DNA of 63,516 nt, the filler included. It is 7 parts of 7 records of this genome, joined end to end, with 100 filler letters (N's around TTAATTAATTAA, not from the genome) between each part and the next. Parts side by side here need not be neighbours in the genome. Positions count along the whole stretch, not along the records: positions 1 to 15,974 come from SRR20825019_1602; 6 more parts are not named here. One strand, 5' to 3'. Numbering within the stretch: the stretch's first letter is position 1; each line of letters begins with the position of its first letter. The position numbers and the translations under genes are program-made. Below the pieces are notes generated by a model. It searched no databases, was not told where the DNA came from, and saw only the letters and a list, made by a program, of their open reading frames with translations. Positions 1 to 10,454 of this stretch are shown here, one piece after another.

Positions 1-185
1 TCGCGCCATGGGCTTATTCCGATACCGTTTCCAAACCGATTCTGCCAGAGCTTTCGTGTAAAAAGCGCAGCCATCCCCGGTCGATTGTCACAATAATGCC
101 GCATCGCCGATGCTTGCGCGCGACGAGCGGCTCAAAGAGATACCGGCGGGAGGCCCGCCGGTTGATGTCTGTTCGATGTCGGCGA

Positions 186-611
186 TCAGTCGCCGGTGGG
201 AACGCCGGTGGCGTTCGAGTCCTGTGCCGGCGTGCTGACGGCCGGAGCCGACCCTTCGCTGCCGCTCGGCACACCGCTCGCGTCAGGCGCAGCCGGCGTG
301 GTGGTCACCGAACCGCCAAGCTGGTCGAGAATGCCCTGCCCGTCGGTTGCGGCGTTCTGTTCGATCCGGTCGAGAATATCCGACGGGTTGCCCTGGTAGC
401 GGGCAAGAATGCCGAGACCAAGCGAGGTCACGAAAAACAGCGCTGCAAGTATGGCCGTGGTGCGCGTCAGCGCATTGGCCGTGCCGCGCGCGGTCATGAA
501 ACCGGAACCACCGCCGATGCCGAGCCCGCCGCCTTCAGACCTCTGGATGAGGATCACACCGGCCAGCGCAACGACGATTATCAGGTGAATTACGATCAGT
601 ACCGTCTGCAT
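186..611 (-). CDS. secG: preprotein translocase subunit SecG
   Basis: MQTVLIVIHLIIVVALAGVILIQRSEGGGLG...LTRTTAILAALFFVTSLGL: two TM helices with a Gly-rich loop; lies downstream of tpiA (conserved order). Confidence 0.95.
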   Translation of the reverse strand: MQTVLIVIHLIIVVALAGVILIQRSEGGGLGIGGGSGFMTARGTANALTRTTAILAALFFVTSLGLGILARYQGNPSDILDRIEQNAATDGQGILDQLGGSVTTTPAAPDASGVPSGSEGSAPAVSTPAQDSNATGVPTGD

Positions 612-735
612 GAATGTCCAATCCGGCCCCGCCTTGAAGGTCCGGGCCCGCTAGAATAACTGGCGTCTCTCTACATGAGGCGGGCGCGCAATCCAACCCC
701 TTTTTAAGGACCTTTTGGCACCCGGCGACCGTCTT

Positions 736-1521
736 TCACGGAGCGGCGGACGACAGGATATCCTCATAGGCCTGATAGATGGCTAGAAAATCGGCCGCTT
801 TCAAGCTGGCGCCGCCGATCAGCGCGCCGTTGACATTGGCGACGCTCAGAAGTTCGCGCGCATTGCCGGGCTTCACCGAACCGCCATAGAGCAGCCGGAA
901 TTTCTCGCCCGCCTCGCCGAAACGCTCGATCAGGTCTTCGCGTATGGCGGCGTGGACCTCGGCCACCTGCTCCGGTCCCGGCGTCTGTCCGGTCCCGATC
1001 GCCCAGATCGGCTCATAGGCAATGACGGTGTTGTCGGCGGTGGCATCGTGGGGCATCGACTGAAACAGTTGCGTCTTCAACACCTCCATGGTGCGGCCGG
1101 CGGCGTGCTCCTCGCGGCTTTCGCCGATGCACACGATCGCCGTCAGGCCCTGGTCATAGGCGGCGCGCGCCTTTGTGGAGACGGTGTGATTGCTTTCATG
1201 ATGCTCGGCGCGCCGTTCCGAATGGCCGACGATGACATGCGTTGCAAAGCAGTCCTTGATCATCTCGGCCGAGATATCGCCGGTATGAGCCCCGGACCGC
1301 GCCTTTTCATGGCAGTCCTGGCCGCCGATCATCAGCCGTGTGTCCTCGGTCAGCGTGGTCGCGACGTAAAGCAGCGTTGCCGGCGGGCAGATCAGCGCAT
1401 CGACCGTGTCGGCAAGTCCGCCGCTTACCCCTTCGGCGATGGCCCGGATCTGATCGAGCGAGGCGCGGGTTCCGTTCATCTTCCAGTTACCGGCGACCAT
1501 GGGGCGTATTGCGGCAGTCAT
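736..1521 (-). CDS. tpiA: triosephosphate isomerase
   Basis: Motifs [44 protein letters not shown] at 1521 chosen (ORF track starts at 1542). Confidence 0.97.
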   Translation of the reverse strand: MTAAIRPMVAGNWKMNGTRASLDQIRAIAEGVSGGLADTVDALICPPATLLYVATTLTEDTRLMIGGQDCHEKARSGAHTGDISAEMIKDCFATHVIVGHSERRAEHHESNHTVSTKARAAYDQGLTAIVCIGESREEHAAGRTMEVLKTQLFQSMPHDATADNTVIAYEPIWAIGTGQTPGPEQVAEVHAAIREDLIERFGEAGEKFRLLYGGSVKPGNARELLSVANVNGALIGGASLKAADFLAIYQAYEDILSSAAP

Positions 1522-1800
1522 CTTCGTCTCTCTCCCGTTCATTGCTTTGTGGCCGGGCTTGCCGGCGCGGGTCTTCCGTTTTCGTCCGTTTCGCGCGCGC
1601 CGTCAAAGGGCGTTTTGCAATCTGGCGTTTGACAGAAAGCATAATCGCGGCTTTATAAGGCGCCTCAAGCTATCCACACCCTTTTTACGCCAATTTGGCA
1701 CGGCATCGCTTCGCGACCAAAACTTTGCCAGAATAGCAGGGTGATTCGCCGCAACGCGCCGGCAACAGCGCAAATCGATCTTTACAGGCTGCCCGACCCC

Positions 1801-3852
1801 ATGGACAACAGCAAAGACCTCTTCGCCGATCTTGGCGGCAGCAAGGCCGAAACCGACACGACCCAGCCCGAACGCGCAAGCGCGGGCAAGCCCAGAAAAT
1901 CCGCCCCCGCTTCCGTAGAAAGCGCGGACTACGGCGCCTCCTCGATCCGTGTGCTGGAAGGACTGGAGCCGGTACGCATGCGTCCGGGCATGTATATCGG
2001 CGGCACCGACGAGAAGGCGCTGCATCATCTCTTCGCCGAGGTGATCGACAATTCCATGGATGAGGCGGTGGCCGGACACGCCGATTTCATCGACGTCCAT
2101 CTCGATACCGAAGGTTTCCTGACGGTGACCGACAACGGTCGAGGCATCCCGGTCGAAAACCATCCGCAAGTCCCCGGCAAGTCGACGCTGGAAGTGATCA
2201 TGACCAAGCTGCATGCCGGCGGCAAGTTCGACGGCAAGGCCTACGAGACCTCCGGCGGCCTGCACGGCGTCGGCGTCTCGGTCGTCAATGCGCTGTCCGA
2301 TCTGCTGGAGGTCGAGATCGCCCGCGACCGGCGGCTCTACCGGCTTACGTTCTCGCGCGGCGTGCCGCAGGGCGAACTCGAGGATTGCGGGCCGACGCAG
2401 AACCGGCGCGGGACCAGGATCCGGTTCCATCCCGATGCAGAAATCTTCGGACCGCGCGCGAAATTCGACCCGGCCCGCCTGTTCCGCATGGCGCGCTCCA
2501 AGGCCTATCTGTTCGGCGGCGTGAAGATCCGCTGGTCCTGCGATCCCTCGCTGGTGGAAGGCAAGGAGGACCTGCCGGAAAAGGCCGAATTCCATTTCCC
2601 CGGCGGACTGAAGGATTATCTCGCAGCGACCATCGGCAAGGACTTCACCGTTACCCGCGAGATTTTCGCCGGGAAGAACGAAAAGACCGGCGGCCACGGC
2701 GCGGTCGAATGGGCGGTGGCCTGGTATGGCGGCGACCCGAATATCCATTCCTACTGCAACACCATTCCGACGCCGGAGGGCGGCACCCACGAGGCGGGCC
2801 TGCGCCAGGCGCTGATGCGCGGGCTGAAAAATTATGCCGAGATGATCGGCAACAAGCGCGGCCAGCAGATCACCACAGACGATGTGATGATCTCCGCCGT
2901 CGGCATGCTGTCGGTGTTCATCCGTGAGCCGGAATTCGTCGGCCAGACCAAGGACAGGCTTGCGACCGTCGAGGCGCAGAGGATCATCGAAAACGCGTTG
3001 CGCGACCCCTTCGACCTCTATCTTTCAGCCAATCCCGCGGAAGCCGAAAAGCTGCTCGACTGGGTGGTGGAACGCTCCGAGGAACGATTGCGCCGCCGCA
3101 AGGAGCGCGAGGTCAACCGCAAGTCCGCGGTCAAGAAACTGCGCCTGCCCGGCAAGCTCGCCGACTGTTCGCAGAATACCGCGGCCGGGGCGGAACTGTT
3201 TCTGGTCGAAGGCGATTCGGCCGGCGGCTCTGCAAAGCAGGCGCGCAACCGTTCCAATCAGGCGATCCTGCCGCTTCGCGGCAAGATCCTGAACGTGGCC
3301 AGCGCCGGACGCGACAAGTTCACCGCCAACCAGTTGCTTGCCGATCTCATTCAGGCGCTCGGGTGCGGCACGCGGACCAAATACCGCGAGGAAGACCTGC
3401 GCTACGAACGCATCGTGATCATGACCGATGCGGACGTCGACGGCGCTCATATCGCCTCGCTGCTGATCACCTTCTTCTACACCGAGATGCCGGAGCTGAT
3501 ACGGCAGGGCCACCTGTTCCTCGCCGTCCCCCCGCTCTACAAGCTCACCCAGGGCGGCAAGACCGCCTACGCCCGCGATGACGGCCATCGCGAGGAACTG
3601 ATGAAATCGATGTTTACCGGGCGCGGCAAGGTCGAGATCAGCCGCTTCAAGGGACTTGGCGAAATGCTGCCCGCCCAGCTCAAGGAAACCACCATGGACC
3701 CGAAGAAGCGTACGCTGCTCAGGATCGATATCGATGATGTCGATTTCGAAGGCACCAGGACCGCCGTGGAAGACCTGATGGGCACCAAGGCGGAAGCCCG
3801 CTTCCGCTTCATTCAGGAAAACGCGGCCTTCGCCGAAAACCTGGATATCTGA
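1801..3852 (+). CDS. parE: DNA topoisomerase IV subunit B
   Basis: GLEPVRMRPGMYIG, EVIDNSMDE, GLHGVGVSVVNALS, VEGDSAGGSAK, PLRGKILN, DADVDGAHI; no GyrB insert; alphaproteobacterial ParE C-terminus (AENLDI). Confidence 0.95.
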   Translation: MDNSKDLFADLGGSKAETDTTQPERASAGKPRKSAPASVESADYGASSIRVLEGLEPVRMRPGMYIGGTDEKALHHLFAEVIDNSMDEAVAGHADFIDVHLDTEGFLTVTDNGRGIPVENHPQVPGKSTLEVIMTKLHAGGKFDGKAYETSGGLHGVGVSVVNALSDLLEVEIARDRRLYRLTFSRGVPQGELEDCGPTQNRRGTRIRFHPDAEIFGPRAKFDPARLFRMARSKAYLFGGVKIRWSCDPSLVEGKEDLPEKAEFHFPGGLKDYLAATIGKDFTVTREIFAGKNEKTGGHGAVEWAVAWYGGDPNIHSYCNTIPTPEGGTHEAGLRQALMRGLKNYAEMIGNKRGQQITTDDVMISAVGMLSVFIREPEFVGQTKDRLATVEAQRIIENALRDPFDLYLSANPAEAEKLLDWVVERSEERLRRRKEREVNRKSAVKKLRLPGKLADCSQNTAAGAELFLVEGDSAGGSAKQARNRSNQAILPLRGKILNVASAGRDKFTANQLLADLIQALGCGTRTKYREEDLRYERIVIMTDADVDGAHIASLLITFFYTEMPELIRQGHLFLAVPPLYKLTQGGKTAYARDDGHREELMKSMFTGRGKVEISRFKGLGEMLPAQLKETTMDPKKRTLLRIDIDDVDFEGTRTAVEDLMGTKAEARFRFIQENAAFAENLDI

Positions 3853-3861
3853 TCGGTAATT

Positions 3862-3890
3862 CCGGCCCCGGTCGTTTTCGCAGGGGCCGG
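3862..3890 (+). terminator. hairpin after parE (possible terminator)
   Basis: CCGGCCCC-N13-GGGGCCGG just after the stop; no clear U tract. Confidence 0.45.
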
Positions 3891-3967
3891 GTGTCATACG
3901 CCTGATAACGACTGAGGGCACTACCTCAATGACGGTCGACTCCCGCCGTCTGACACGAGGTGCTGCC

Positions 3968-5107
3968 ATGAGATTTCTGCTTTCCGCCACTGCCCTTATC
4001 GCCCTGCTCGCCACCGGCGTTGATGCCGCCGATCCCGGCAGGACCATTGCCGTCGATTGCCCGATCAACAATTGCGAAGACGCGATCAGCCTCACCTTCG
4101 CCGGTGAATTCGCGATCGAGACCGGGACCATGATCGACGGCGTCGAAATCGGAGGCATTTCCGGGATCGATTACGATGCCGGGACCGGCCACTACATCGC
4201 GATTTCCGACGACCGTTCGCAAAAAGCGCCCGCCCGGTTCTACGAACTCGACATCAAGGCCGGGTCCGGCGGCATCGATCATGTCTCGGTCGTGAGAACC
4301 GTCACGCTGAAGGACAAGGACGGATCGGCCTTCGCGGAAAAGACCGTCGATCCGGAGCAGATTCGCCTGCTCGGCAACAACCTGATCTGGTCCAGCGAAG
4401 GCGACGGCAAGGCGATGATCGCCCCGTTCGTTCGCGTCACCTCCGCAGATGGCGATTTCGTGCGCGCATTCACCCTGCCGGAAGGCTTTGCCCCGAGCGA
4501 GGACCACGCGACCGGCATCCGCAACAACAACGCTTTCGAGAGCATCGCGCTGCTGCCCGAAGGCGACGTGCTCGTCGCCAATGAGGCAGCGCTCTATCAG
4601 GACGGCCCCGCCTCCACGCTGACCACCGCGAGCCCCGCCCGGATCGTGCGCTACGATGCCGAAAGCGGCGAACCGACGGCGCAGTACATCTACATGATCG
4701 ACCCGATCCCCCACGCGCCGGTCGATGGCGGCGAGTGGAACGATAACGGCCTGTCCGACATGATGCCGCTCGACGACACCCGGCTTCTGGTCTCCGAGCG
4801 CAGCTTCGCCCAGAACCGAGGCTTCACCATCCGGATATTCCTGATCGACCTCGACGGCGCGACCGATGTTTCGGCCATTGCCTCCGTTAGTGATAGCGAC
4901 GAAGCCATCGTCCCGGTCGCCAAATCCCTGGTCCTCGATCTCGGCGCCATCGGCCTTCAGCCGGACAATATCGAGGCGATGACGATCGGCAGGACCGAAA
5001 ACGGCGCGCCGCTCCTGCTGCTGGCCTCCGACAACAATTTCAACGCCGAGCAGAAGACCCAGTTCCTGGCCTTCACGATCGAGAACCTGCCGGGCGTCGG
5101 CCGCTGA
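3968..5107 (+). CDS. esterase-like activity of phytase family protein (secreted)
   Basis: Signal peptide; GGISGIDY, AISDDRS, DPEQIR, RNNNAFESIA, NGLSD, DNIEAMT, SDNNF motifs. Confidence 0.88.
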   Translation: MRFLLSATALIALLATGVDAADPGRTIAVDCPINNCEDAISLTFAGEFAIETGTMIDGVEIGGISGIDYDAGTGHYIAISDDRSQKAPARFYELDIKAGSGGIDHVSVVRTVTLKDKDGSAFAEKTVDPEQIRLLGNNLIWSSEGDGKAMIAPFVRVTSADGDFVRAFTLPEGFAPSEDHATGIRNNNAFESIALLPEGDVLVANEAALYQDGPASTLTTASPARIVRYDAESGEPTAQYIYMIDPIPHAPVDGGEWNDNGLSDMMPLDDTRLLVSERSFAQNRGFTIRIFLIDLDGATDVSAIASVSDSDEAIVPVAKSLVLDLGAIGLQPDNIEAMTIGRTENGAPLLLLASDNNFNAEQKTQFLAFTIENLPGVGR

Positions 5108-5130
5108 AATAACGCAAGATAAACCGTTGA

Positions 5131-5166
5131 AGCAGGTCCGTATTTTCCGTGAAAGGCGGACCTGCT
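5131..5166 (+). terminator. hairpin after phytase-like gene
   Basis: Perfect 10-bp inverted repeat AGCAGGTCCG/CGGACCTGCT. Confidence 0.4.
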
Positions 5167-5410
5167 ATCGCGCGGGAGACAAGCGAGCGCTCGCAGACCG
5201 CCAGCCCCCATCCAAGGTACCAGAAAGCGATTATTAAGGTTAATAATATACATAAGAAACAGTTGGTTATAACGGATATCCGATCCATGTTATCAGCAAC
5301 TTAAACCAGTTTCTCCGCAAACACCGGGAATGGGCCTATCCAGCGCTTGTCTGGTATGGAAACCCTCTCTATAGTCCTCTCCCGACGAAAAAGAAAAAGT
5401 CTGTGAAACA

Positions 5411-6379
5411 ATGACTTCGCGCCGGAACTTCATGATTGCATCCGCCCTCGGGCTTGCCGGCGCGGCGGATATCGCGCGCGCGCAGGCCCGGCCTGGAACC
5501 GTTACGCAAAACATGCCGGGCGTCGCGCTGGAGAGCGCGGACGAACCTCAGCGCCGCGATGGTTTCGCCCTCGCGCTCGGCGGCGGCGCGGCCAAGGCCT
5601 ATGCCCATATTCCCTATCTCCAGAGCCTTGATGAACTCGGCATCAGACCGAGGCAGATGACGGGCACATCGATGGGCTCGATCATCGGCGCGCTCTATGC
5701 CGCCGGCATGAGCGGCAGCGAGATCCGGGAATATGGCGTCGAACTGCTGACCCGGCGCCAGTCGCTGCTGAAGCGCCTGCTGATCGACACCGGCGAAACC
5801 TGGGGCTCGCTGTTCAATCTGTTCCGGCCCGCCGTGATCGAGCCCGAGGTCCTGCTTGAGGCGCTGATGCCGGCCGATCTGCCCGCCAGTTTCGAGGATC
5901 TGGAAATACCCTTGGCGATCGTCGCCACCGATTTCTACGCCCAGTCCGAATATGTGATGCGCGACGGGCCGCTGCTGTCGGCCATCGCCGCGTCTTCCGC
6001 CCTCCCGGTGCTGCTGACGCCGGTTCGCCGCGACGGCCGGGTGCTGATCGACGGCGGCTTTGTGAACCCCACCCCCTTCGATCTTCTCGACGCCGCGCGC
6101 TATGTCACCATCGCCATCGATGTGACCGGATCGACGATTGAAAACGACGGCGATATTCCGGGATCGTTCGAGACCTGGGCCGGCTCGTTCTCGATCACCC
6201 AACATTCGATCGTGGTGGAAAAACTCAAAAACGCACCGCCGGACCTTTTCGTGGCGCCCGATGTGGGGCGTTATAAACCGCTGGATTTTTTCAACATCGA
6301 GGAGATTCTCTCGACCGTTGACCGGGACCAGGACGCCTTCAAGCGCCAGATGGAACAGCTCGCAGAGCAGAACAACTAG
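5411..6379 (+). CDS. patatin-like phospholipase with Tat signal peptide
   Basis: ALGGGAAKAYAHI oxyanion loop, GTSMG nucleophile, IDGG Asp; N-terminal SRRNFMI twin-arginine motif. Confidence 0.9.
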   Translation: MTSRRNFMIASALGLAGAADIARAQARPGTVTQNMPGVALESADEPQRRDGFALALGGGAAKAYAHIPYLQSLDELGIRPRQMTGTSMGSIIGALYAAGMSGSEIREYGVELLTRRQSLLKRLLIDTGETWGSLFNLFRPAVIEPEVLLEALMPADLPASFEDLEIPLAIVATDFYAQSEYVMRDGPLLSAIAASSALPVLLTPVRRDGRVLIDGGFVNPTPFDLLDAARYVTIAIDVTGSTIENDGDIPGSFETWAGSFSITQHSIVVEKLKNAPPDLFVAPDVGRYKPLDFFNIEEILSTVDRDQDAFKRQMEQLAEQNN

Positions 6380-6395
6380 GGACGGGTCAGCCGCA

Positions 6396-8069
6396 ATGAT
6401 GACGGAAACGCCGAAAACCGCGCGCTGGTTCGCGATCAGCTTTGTTTCGCTGGCGCTGGGGCTCGCCTTCTTCGCCGCTTCGCTGACCCCGTCGCTGATC
6501 CCGCGGGCATGGCCGCTCCAGGGCGCGCTTGCCGGCCTCGTGATGGCGCTCGGCTACATGATCGGGCGGTTTTTCGTGGCCCTTTGGCGCGGATTGCAGA
6601 TCCCGGAGCCGCGCGGACGCTGGCGGGTCATCAGCCTGACCATCCTGAACGCCGCGGCCCTCATCCTGCTGGTCTACTGCCTGTCGATGATGACCGAATG
6701 GCAGAATTCGGTGCGCTCCCGCGTCAACATGGAACTGCTGGAAAGCGGCACGGTGCTCGGTATTCTCGCCATGGGGCTCGCCGTCTTCGCGGCGCTGTTT
6801 CTGATCGGCGCGGCCTTTCAGAAGGCTTTCGATATCGTCAGGCTGCGGCTTTACCGGGTGATGTCGCCGCGCGCCGCCAATCTGCTCGGCATCGTCATCG
6901 TGCTGCTGATCGTGGTCGTGGCAAGCCGCGACTGGGTGGTGCCCGCCATCTTCGATTTCCTCGACGAGAGCTACGAAACCGCGCAGGACCTGTTTGAAAC
7001 CGCCCCGCCGGCCCCCACCGACCCCCTCATTCCGGGCAGCGCGGGTTCGCTTGTAAGCTGGGAGGCCATGGGCCAGCCCGGCCGCAACTTCGTCACCAGC
7101 GCGCCGTCAGCAGAAGATATCGAAACCTTCTCCGGCCAGCCGGCAGAACGGCCGATCCGCGTCTATGTCGGACGCTCGCAGGCCGACGACCCGCATGAGC
7201 GCGCAAGGATCGCGCTTGAGGAGATGCAGCGCCTCGGCGCCTTCGATCGCGCCTATCTGATGATTGCAAGCCCGACCGGCACCGGCTGGCTCGATCCCGG
7301 CGCCCATGACACGTTCGAATACATGCATAACGGCGATGTCGCCACGGTCGCGGTTCAGTATTCCTTCCTGCAATCGCCGCTGGCGCTGATCTTCGAGACA
7401 GACACCGGCCTGCTGCAGGCCACCGCCACCATGGAAGAGGTCTATCGCTACTGGCGCACCCTGCCGGAAGACAGCCGGCCGGAACTCTACATGCACGGCA
7501 TCAGTCTCGGGGCGTGGTCCTCGATGTATTCCTTCAACGTGTTCCAGATGCTGGACGAGCCGGTCGCCGGCGCGGTCTGGGCGGGGCCGCCCTTCCCGTC
7601 CTATCTCTGGCGCCACACCGTCGCCGCGCGCAACGCGGGCACGCCCTATGTGTTGCCCCAGATCGATGACAATGCGGTGGTCCGCTTCTCCTCGCAGTTC
7701 AGAACGCCGGAGGCGGAAGGCGACGAATGGGGGAGAGTAAGGATAAACTTCCTGCAATATGCCTCTGATCCCATTGTCTTTTTCGAGCCCAATGCAAGCT
7801 TCCTCGAACCGGAATGGATGCGCGAACCGCCAGCCCCCGACGTCTCGCCCTATCTGCGCTTCGTTCCGGTCGTGACCCAGTTCCAGCTCGCGCTCGACAT
7901 GGCTCTGGCGAAGGCGCTGCCGGCGGGTTACGGGCATAATTATCTCGCCCGTGACTATATCGACGCCTGGGTCGCCGTCTCCCACCCTCAGGGCTGGACG
8001 CCGGCGCGCACGGCGGCGCTGAAAGAGATCTGCAATCTGGGCAGGGATACCGGCTGCAAGGTGCCGTGA
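6396..8069 (+). CDS. membrane alpha/beta-hydrolase family protein (Abhydrolase_9 type)
   Basis: SLTPSLIPRAWPLQG, several TM helices, PIRVYVG, PTGTGWLDP, VQYSFLQS, HGISLG, QYASDPI; ATG 16 nt after the patatin stop. Confidence 0.88.
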   Translation: MMTETPKTARWFAISFVSLALGLAFFAASLTPSLIPRAWPLQGALAGLVMALGYMIGRFFVALWRGLQIPEPRGRWRVISLTILNAAALILLVYCLSMMTEWQNSVRSRVNMELLESGTVLGILAMGLAVFAALFLIGAAFQKAFDIVRLRLYRVMSPRAANLLGIVIVLLIVVVASRDWVVPAIFDFLDESYETAQDLFETAPPAPTDPLIPGSAGSLVSWEAMGQPGRNFVTSAPSAEDIETFSGQPAERPIRVYVGRSQADDPHERARIALEEMQRLGAFDRAYLMIASPTGTGWLDPGAHDTFEYMHNGDVATVAVQYSFLQSPLALIFETDTGLLQATATMEEVYRYWRTLPEDSRPELYMHGISLGAWSSMYSFNVFQMLDEPVAGAVWAGPPFPSYLWRHTVAARNAGTPYVLPQIDDNAVVRFSSQFRTPEAEGDEWGRVRINFLQYASDPIVFFEPNASFLEPEWMREPPAPDVSPYLRFVPVVTQFQLALDMALAKALPAGYGHNYLARDYIDAWVAVSHPQGWTPARTAALKEICNLGRDTGCKVP

Positions 8070-8130
8070 TGGCAAAGCATCACGGCTCAGCGCAGCAGGA
8101 AACGACAGAAAACGCTGTCATTTCATAAAA

Positions 8131-8895
8131 TTATACGGATTGCATGTACCGGAGCCGTATCGCCGCGCACTTTCGTTTGAAACTGCCGACGATACGATGG
8201 AACCGCACGGCGAACCGCTCCAGCAAAGTGATGTCATCGGCATATTTGATACGCCTGCCGATGTCACTGAACAGCGGACTGTCCGGGTCCATGCAGAATT
8301 CGGCATAAACGGGATAGGGCAGAACGCCATAGACCGGCACGCCGTGATCATAGGATCGGTCCATCAACAGATCGATCGGAGTGAACAGCGCCTCGCAATA
8401 GGCCTCAAGCCGCCGGGCACCGCGCTTGGACACCAGATAGGCGGCGGCGTCGAGCGGGCCGAAAGCATAGCGCACCAGCCGGTCGCCGGTCGCAAGCTCG
8501 GCCACCGTCCGCATCGGCCGCTCTTTCTTGCCGCTGAGCTTCAGAAAGTCGATCGGCCCGAGATCGATGGCATCCAGCACGGCCGCGACATCCCTGTCAA
8601 TGACCGAATCGTCTTCGAGGATGAGATAGTAGTCGACCGCCTCATCCTGCTGCAGCGCCCGCCAGAGACTGAGATGACTGAGCGCGCAGGCCTTCTCCGT
8701 ATCTATCATCGGCCTACCGGTAAAGCGGCGCGCGCGGGCCTCGTCATAACGCAGTCCAGATAGATCCGCCGTCGCCGGCGTCACGGCATCGAATACCTCC
8801 ACGGGCATGCCCAGCCGCTCGGCCTGCCCCATGAAATGGTCGCGCCGATAGTCACTGGAGGCAACATTGATGACGAAAGCCTTGATCCGCGGCAT
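8131..8895 (-). CDS. glycosyltransferase family 25 protein
   Basis: FVINV..S..RR, FDAV, EKACALSH, LILEDD, AAAYLVSKRGARRL, PID. Confidence 0.92.
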   Translation of the reverse strand: MPRIKAFVINVASSDYRRDHFMGQAERLGMPVEVFDAVTPATADLSGLRYDEARARRFTGRPMIDTEKACALSHLSLWRALQQDEAVDYYLILEDDSVIDRDVAAVLDAIDLGPIDFLKLSGKKERPMRTVAELATGDRLVRYAFGPLDAAAYLVSKRGARRLEAYCEALFTPIDLLMDRSYDHGVPVYGVLPYPVYAEFCMDPDSPLFSDIGRRIKYADDITLLERFAVRFHRIVGSFKRKCAAIRLRYMQSV

Positions 8896-9128
8896 GAGAA
8901 CTATCCCAGGTTGGTCAGTAAAAAAAACTTGATTTTTGTAGTTCAGAACGACATTTCGCGCAATCGCCGGGACCGCCGAGGGACCGGCTCCCTCAATGAT
9001 GGAATTTGGTCACACAATCCAACCAAGTTGATAAATGTCGAGATTGTGATCAAACGTCGCTATGAAGCGGCACCCCTGTCGGATAAAAGCCGTAATTGAT
9101 ATACGTATCACCAATCCAAGAGGCTTGA

Positions 9129-9830
9129 ATGCTCGTTGATAAAACGATGTCGCGCCGGACATTTCTCCTCGGCGCCGTTTCGACCACCGCTGTACTTGCA
9201 GGCTGCGTAAGCCAGCGTGATATCACCCCGGTCGTCCCGCCCTCCCCGCGCGTCCAGGGTTCGCCATACACCATAGCCGAGCTTGAAGCCATGTATGGCC
9301 CGCTCGAAGACAATGGTTATCTGATCCCGGCCGTGCCCTACCAGCAGATCGATCCAACCTATTATCGCCAGCGCGTTACCGATCCGACCGGCGAGGCGCC
9401 CGGCACCGTGGTTGTCGATACCCCCAACCGCTTCCTCTATCTGGTCGAGGAAGACGGCACCGCGATGCGCTATGGCGTCGGCATCGGCCGGGCGGGCTTT
9501 TCCTGGGGCGGCAATGGCGTGATCAAATGGAAGCAGGAGTGGCCGAAATGGTTCCCTCCGGTGGAGATGATCGAGCGCGATCCGAAGCTCAAGGAATATT
9601 CCGAGAAGAACGGCGGCATGCCGGCCGGGTTGATGAACCCGCTGGGCGCGCGCGCGCTTTATATCTATGAAAACGGCAAGGACACGCTCTACCGCGTCCA
9701 CGGCAATCCGGACTGGACGTCCATCGGCAAGGCAGTCTCTTCCGGCTGCATCCGCATGCTCAACCAGGATGTGATCGACCTCTACAACCGGGTCGACAAC
9801 CTGCCGACGCCGATCGTCGTCTATCAGTGA
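9129..9830 (+). CDS. L,D-transpeptidase (YkuD family), Tat lipoprotein
   Basis: SRRTFL plus LAGC lipobox; RYGVGIGR, NPLGARALY, YRVHGN...SSGCIRM catalytic motif. Confidence 0.94.
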   Translation: MLVDKTMSRRTFLLGAVSTTAVLAGCVSQRDITPVVPPSPRVQGSPYTIAELEAMYGPLEDNGYLIPAVPYQQIDPTYYRQRVTDPTGEAPGTVVVDTPNRFLYLVEEDGTAMRYGVGIGRAGFSWGGNGVIKWKQEWPKWFPPVEMIERDPKLKEYSEKNGGMPAGLMNPLGARALYIYENGKDTLYRVHGNPDWTSIGKAVSSGCIRMLNQDVIDLYNRVDNLPTPIVVYQ

Positions 9831-9872
9831 GTCTTTGGCCTCCGGTCCGCCGGAGGCGCTCTTCTTCGCGCG

Positions 9873-10322
9873 TTATTTGCGGTCATAGGCCTCGCGCGCG
9901 TTCTCGATCCCGCCAAGATTGTCGCGCACCCAGTCGCCGAGACGAAGCACGGGTTCGCTCAGCGAAAGCCCGAGTTCGGTCAAGGCATATTCCACCTGCG
10001 GCGGACTGGTCGGATAGGTGGTCCGGCTGATCAGCCCGTCGCGCTCCAGCGCCTTCAGCACCCGCGTCAGCATCTGCTGGGAAATCCCGTCGATCCTGCG
10101 CTTCAGCGCGTTGAAGCGGCACGGCCCGTCGATCAGCACGATGATGATCAGCATCGACCATTTGTCGCCGACGCGGGCCAGAATCGGCGCGACGCTCCGG
10201 CAGCGCTCCAGCACATGCCGGGTCTCCGGCGCGGGCTGGCGCTTCGCTTCGGCAGCAAGCGCGGCATGAGGGGTAGTCGCATCCATGTGACCTGGTCCCA
10301 AACTATTGCGTTCTTGCGTCAA
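9873..10322 (-). CDS. HxlR-family winged-helix transcriptional regulator
   Basis: VGDKWSMLI...RFNALKRRIDGISQQMLTRVLKALERDGLISR...PPQVEYALT; divergent from an FMN reductase; start uncertain. Confidence 0.92.
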   Translation of the reverse strand: MTQERNSLGPGHMDATTPHAALAAEAKRQPAPETRHVLERCRSVAPILARVGDKWSMLIIIVLIDGPCRFNALKRRIDGISQQMLTRVLKALERDGLISRTTYPTSPPQVEYALTELGLSLSEPVLRLGDWVRDNLGGIENAREAYDRK

Positions 10323-10454
10323 ATTATTCAGTCACTTATTTTTAGCAAGTCGTTTTTTGTGACCGCGCGCGGTCACGCTCCTCCCAGGAGATGGCACCCT
10401 TGAACGGGTTTGAATTTGCAGACCGCCGCACCCGCGACGGCAAGGAGAACTATT

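Noticed and set aside
1603-4158. Long antisense ORFs over parE (395 aa and 377 aa)
   Set aside because: Shadow frames produced by high-GC codon bias; no recognisable motifs.
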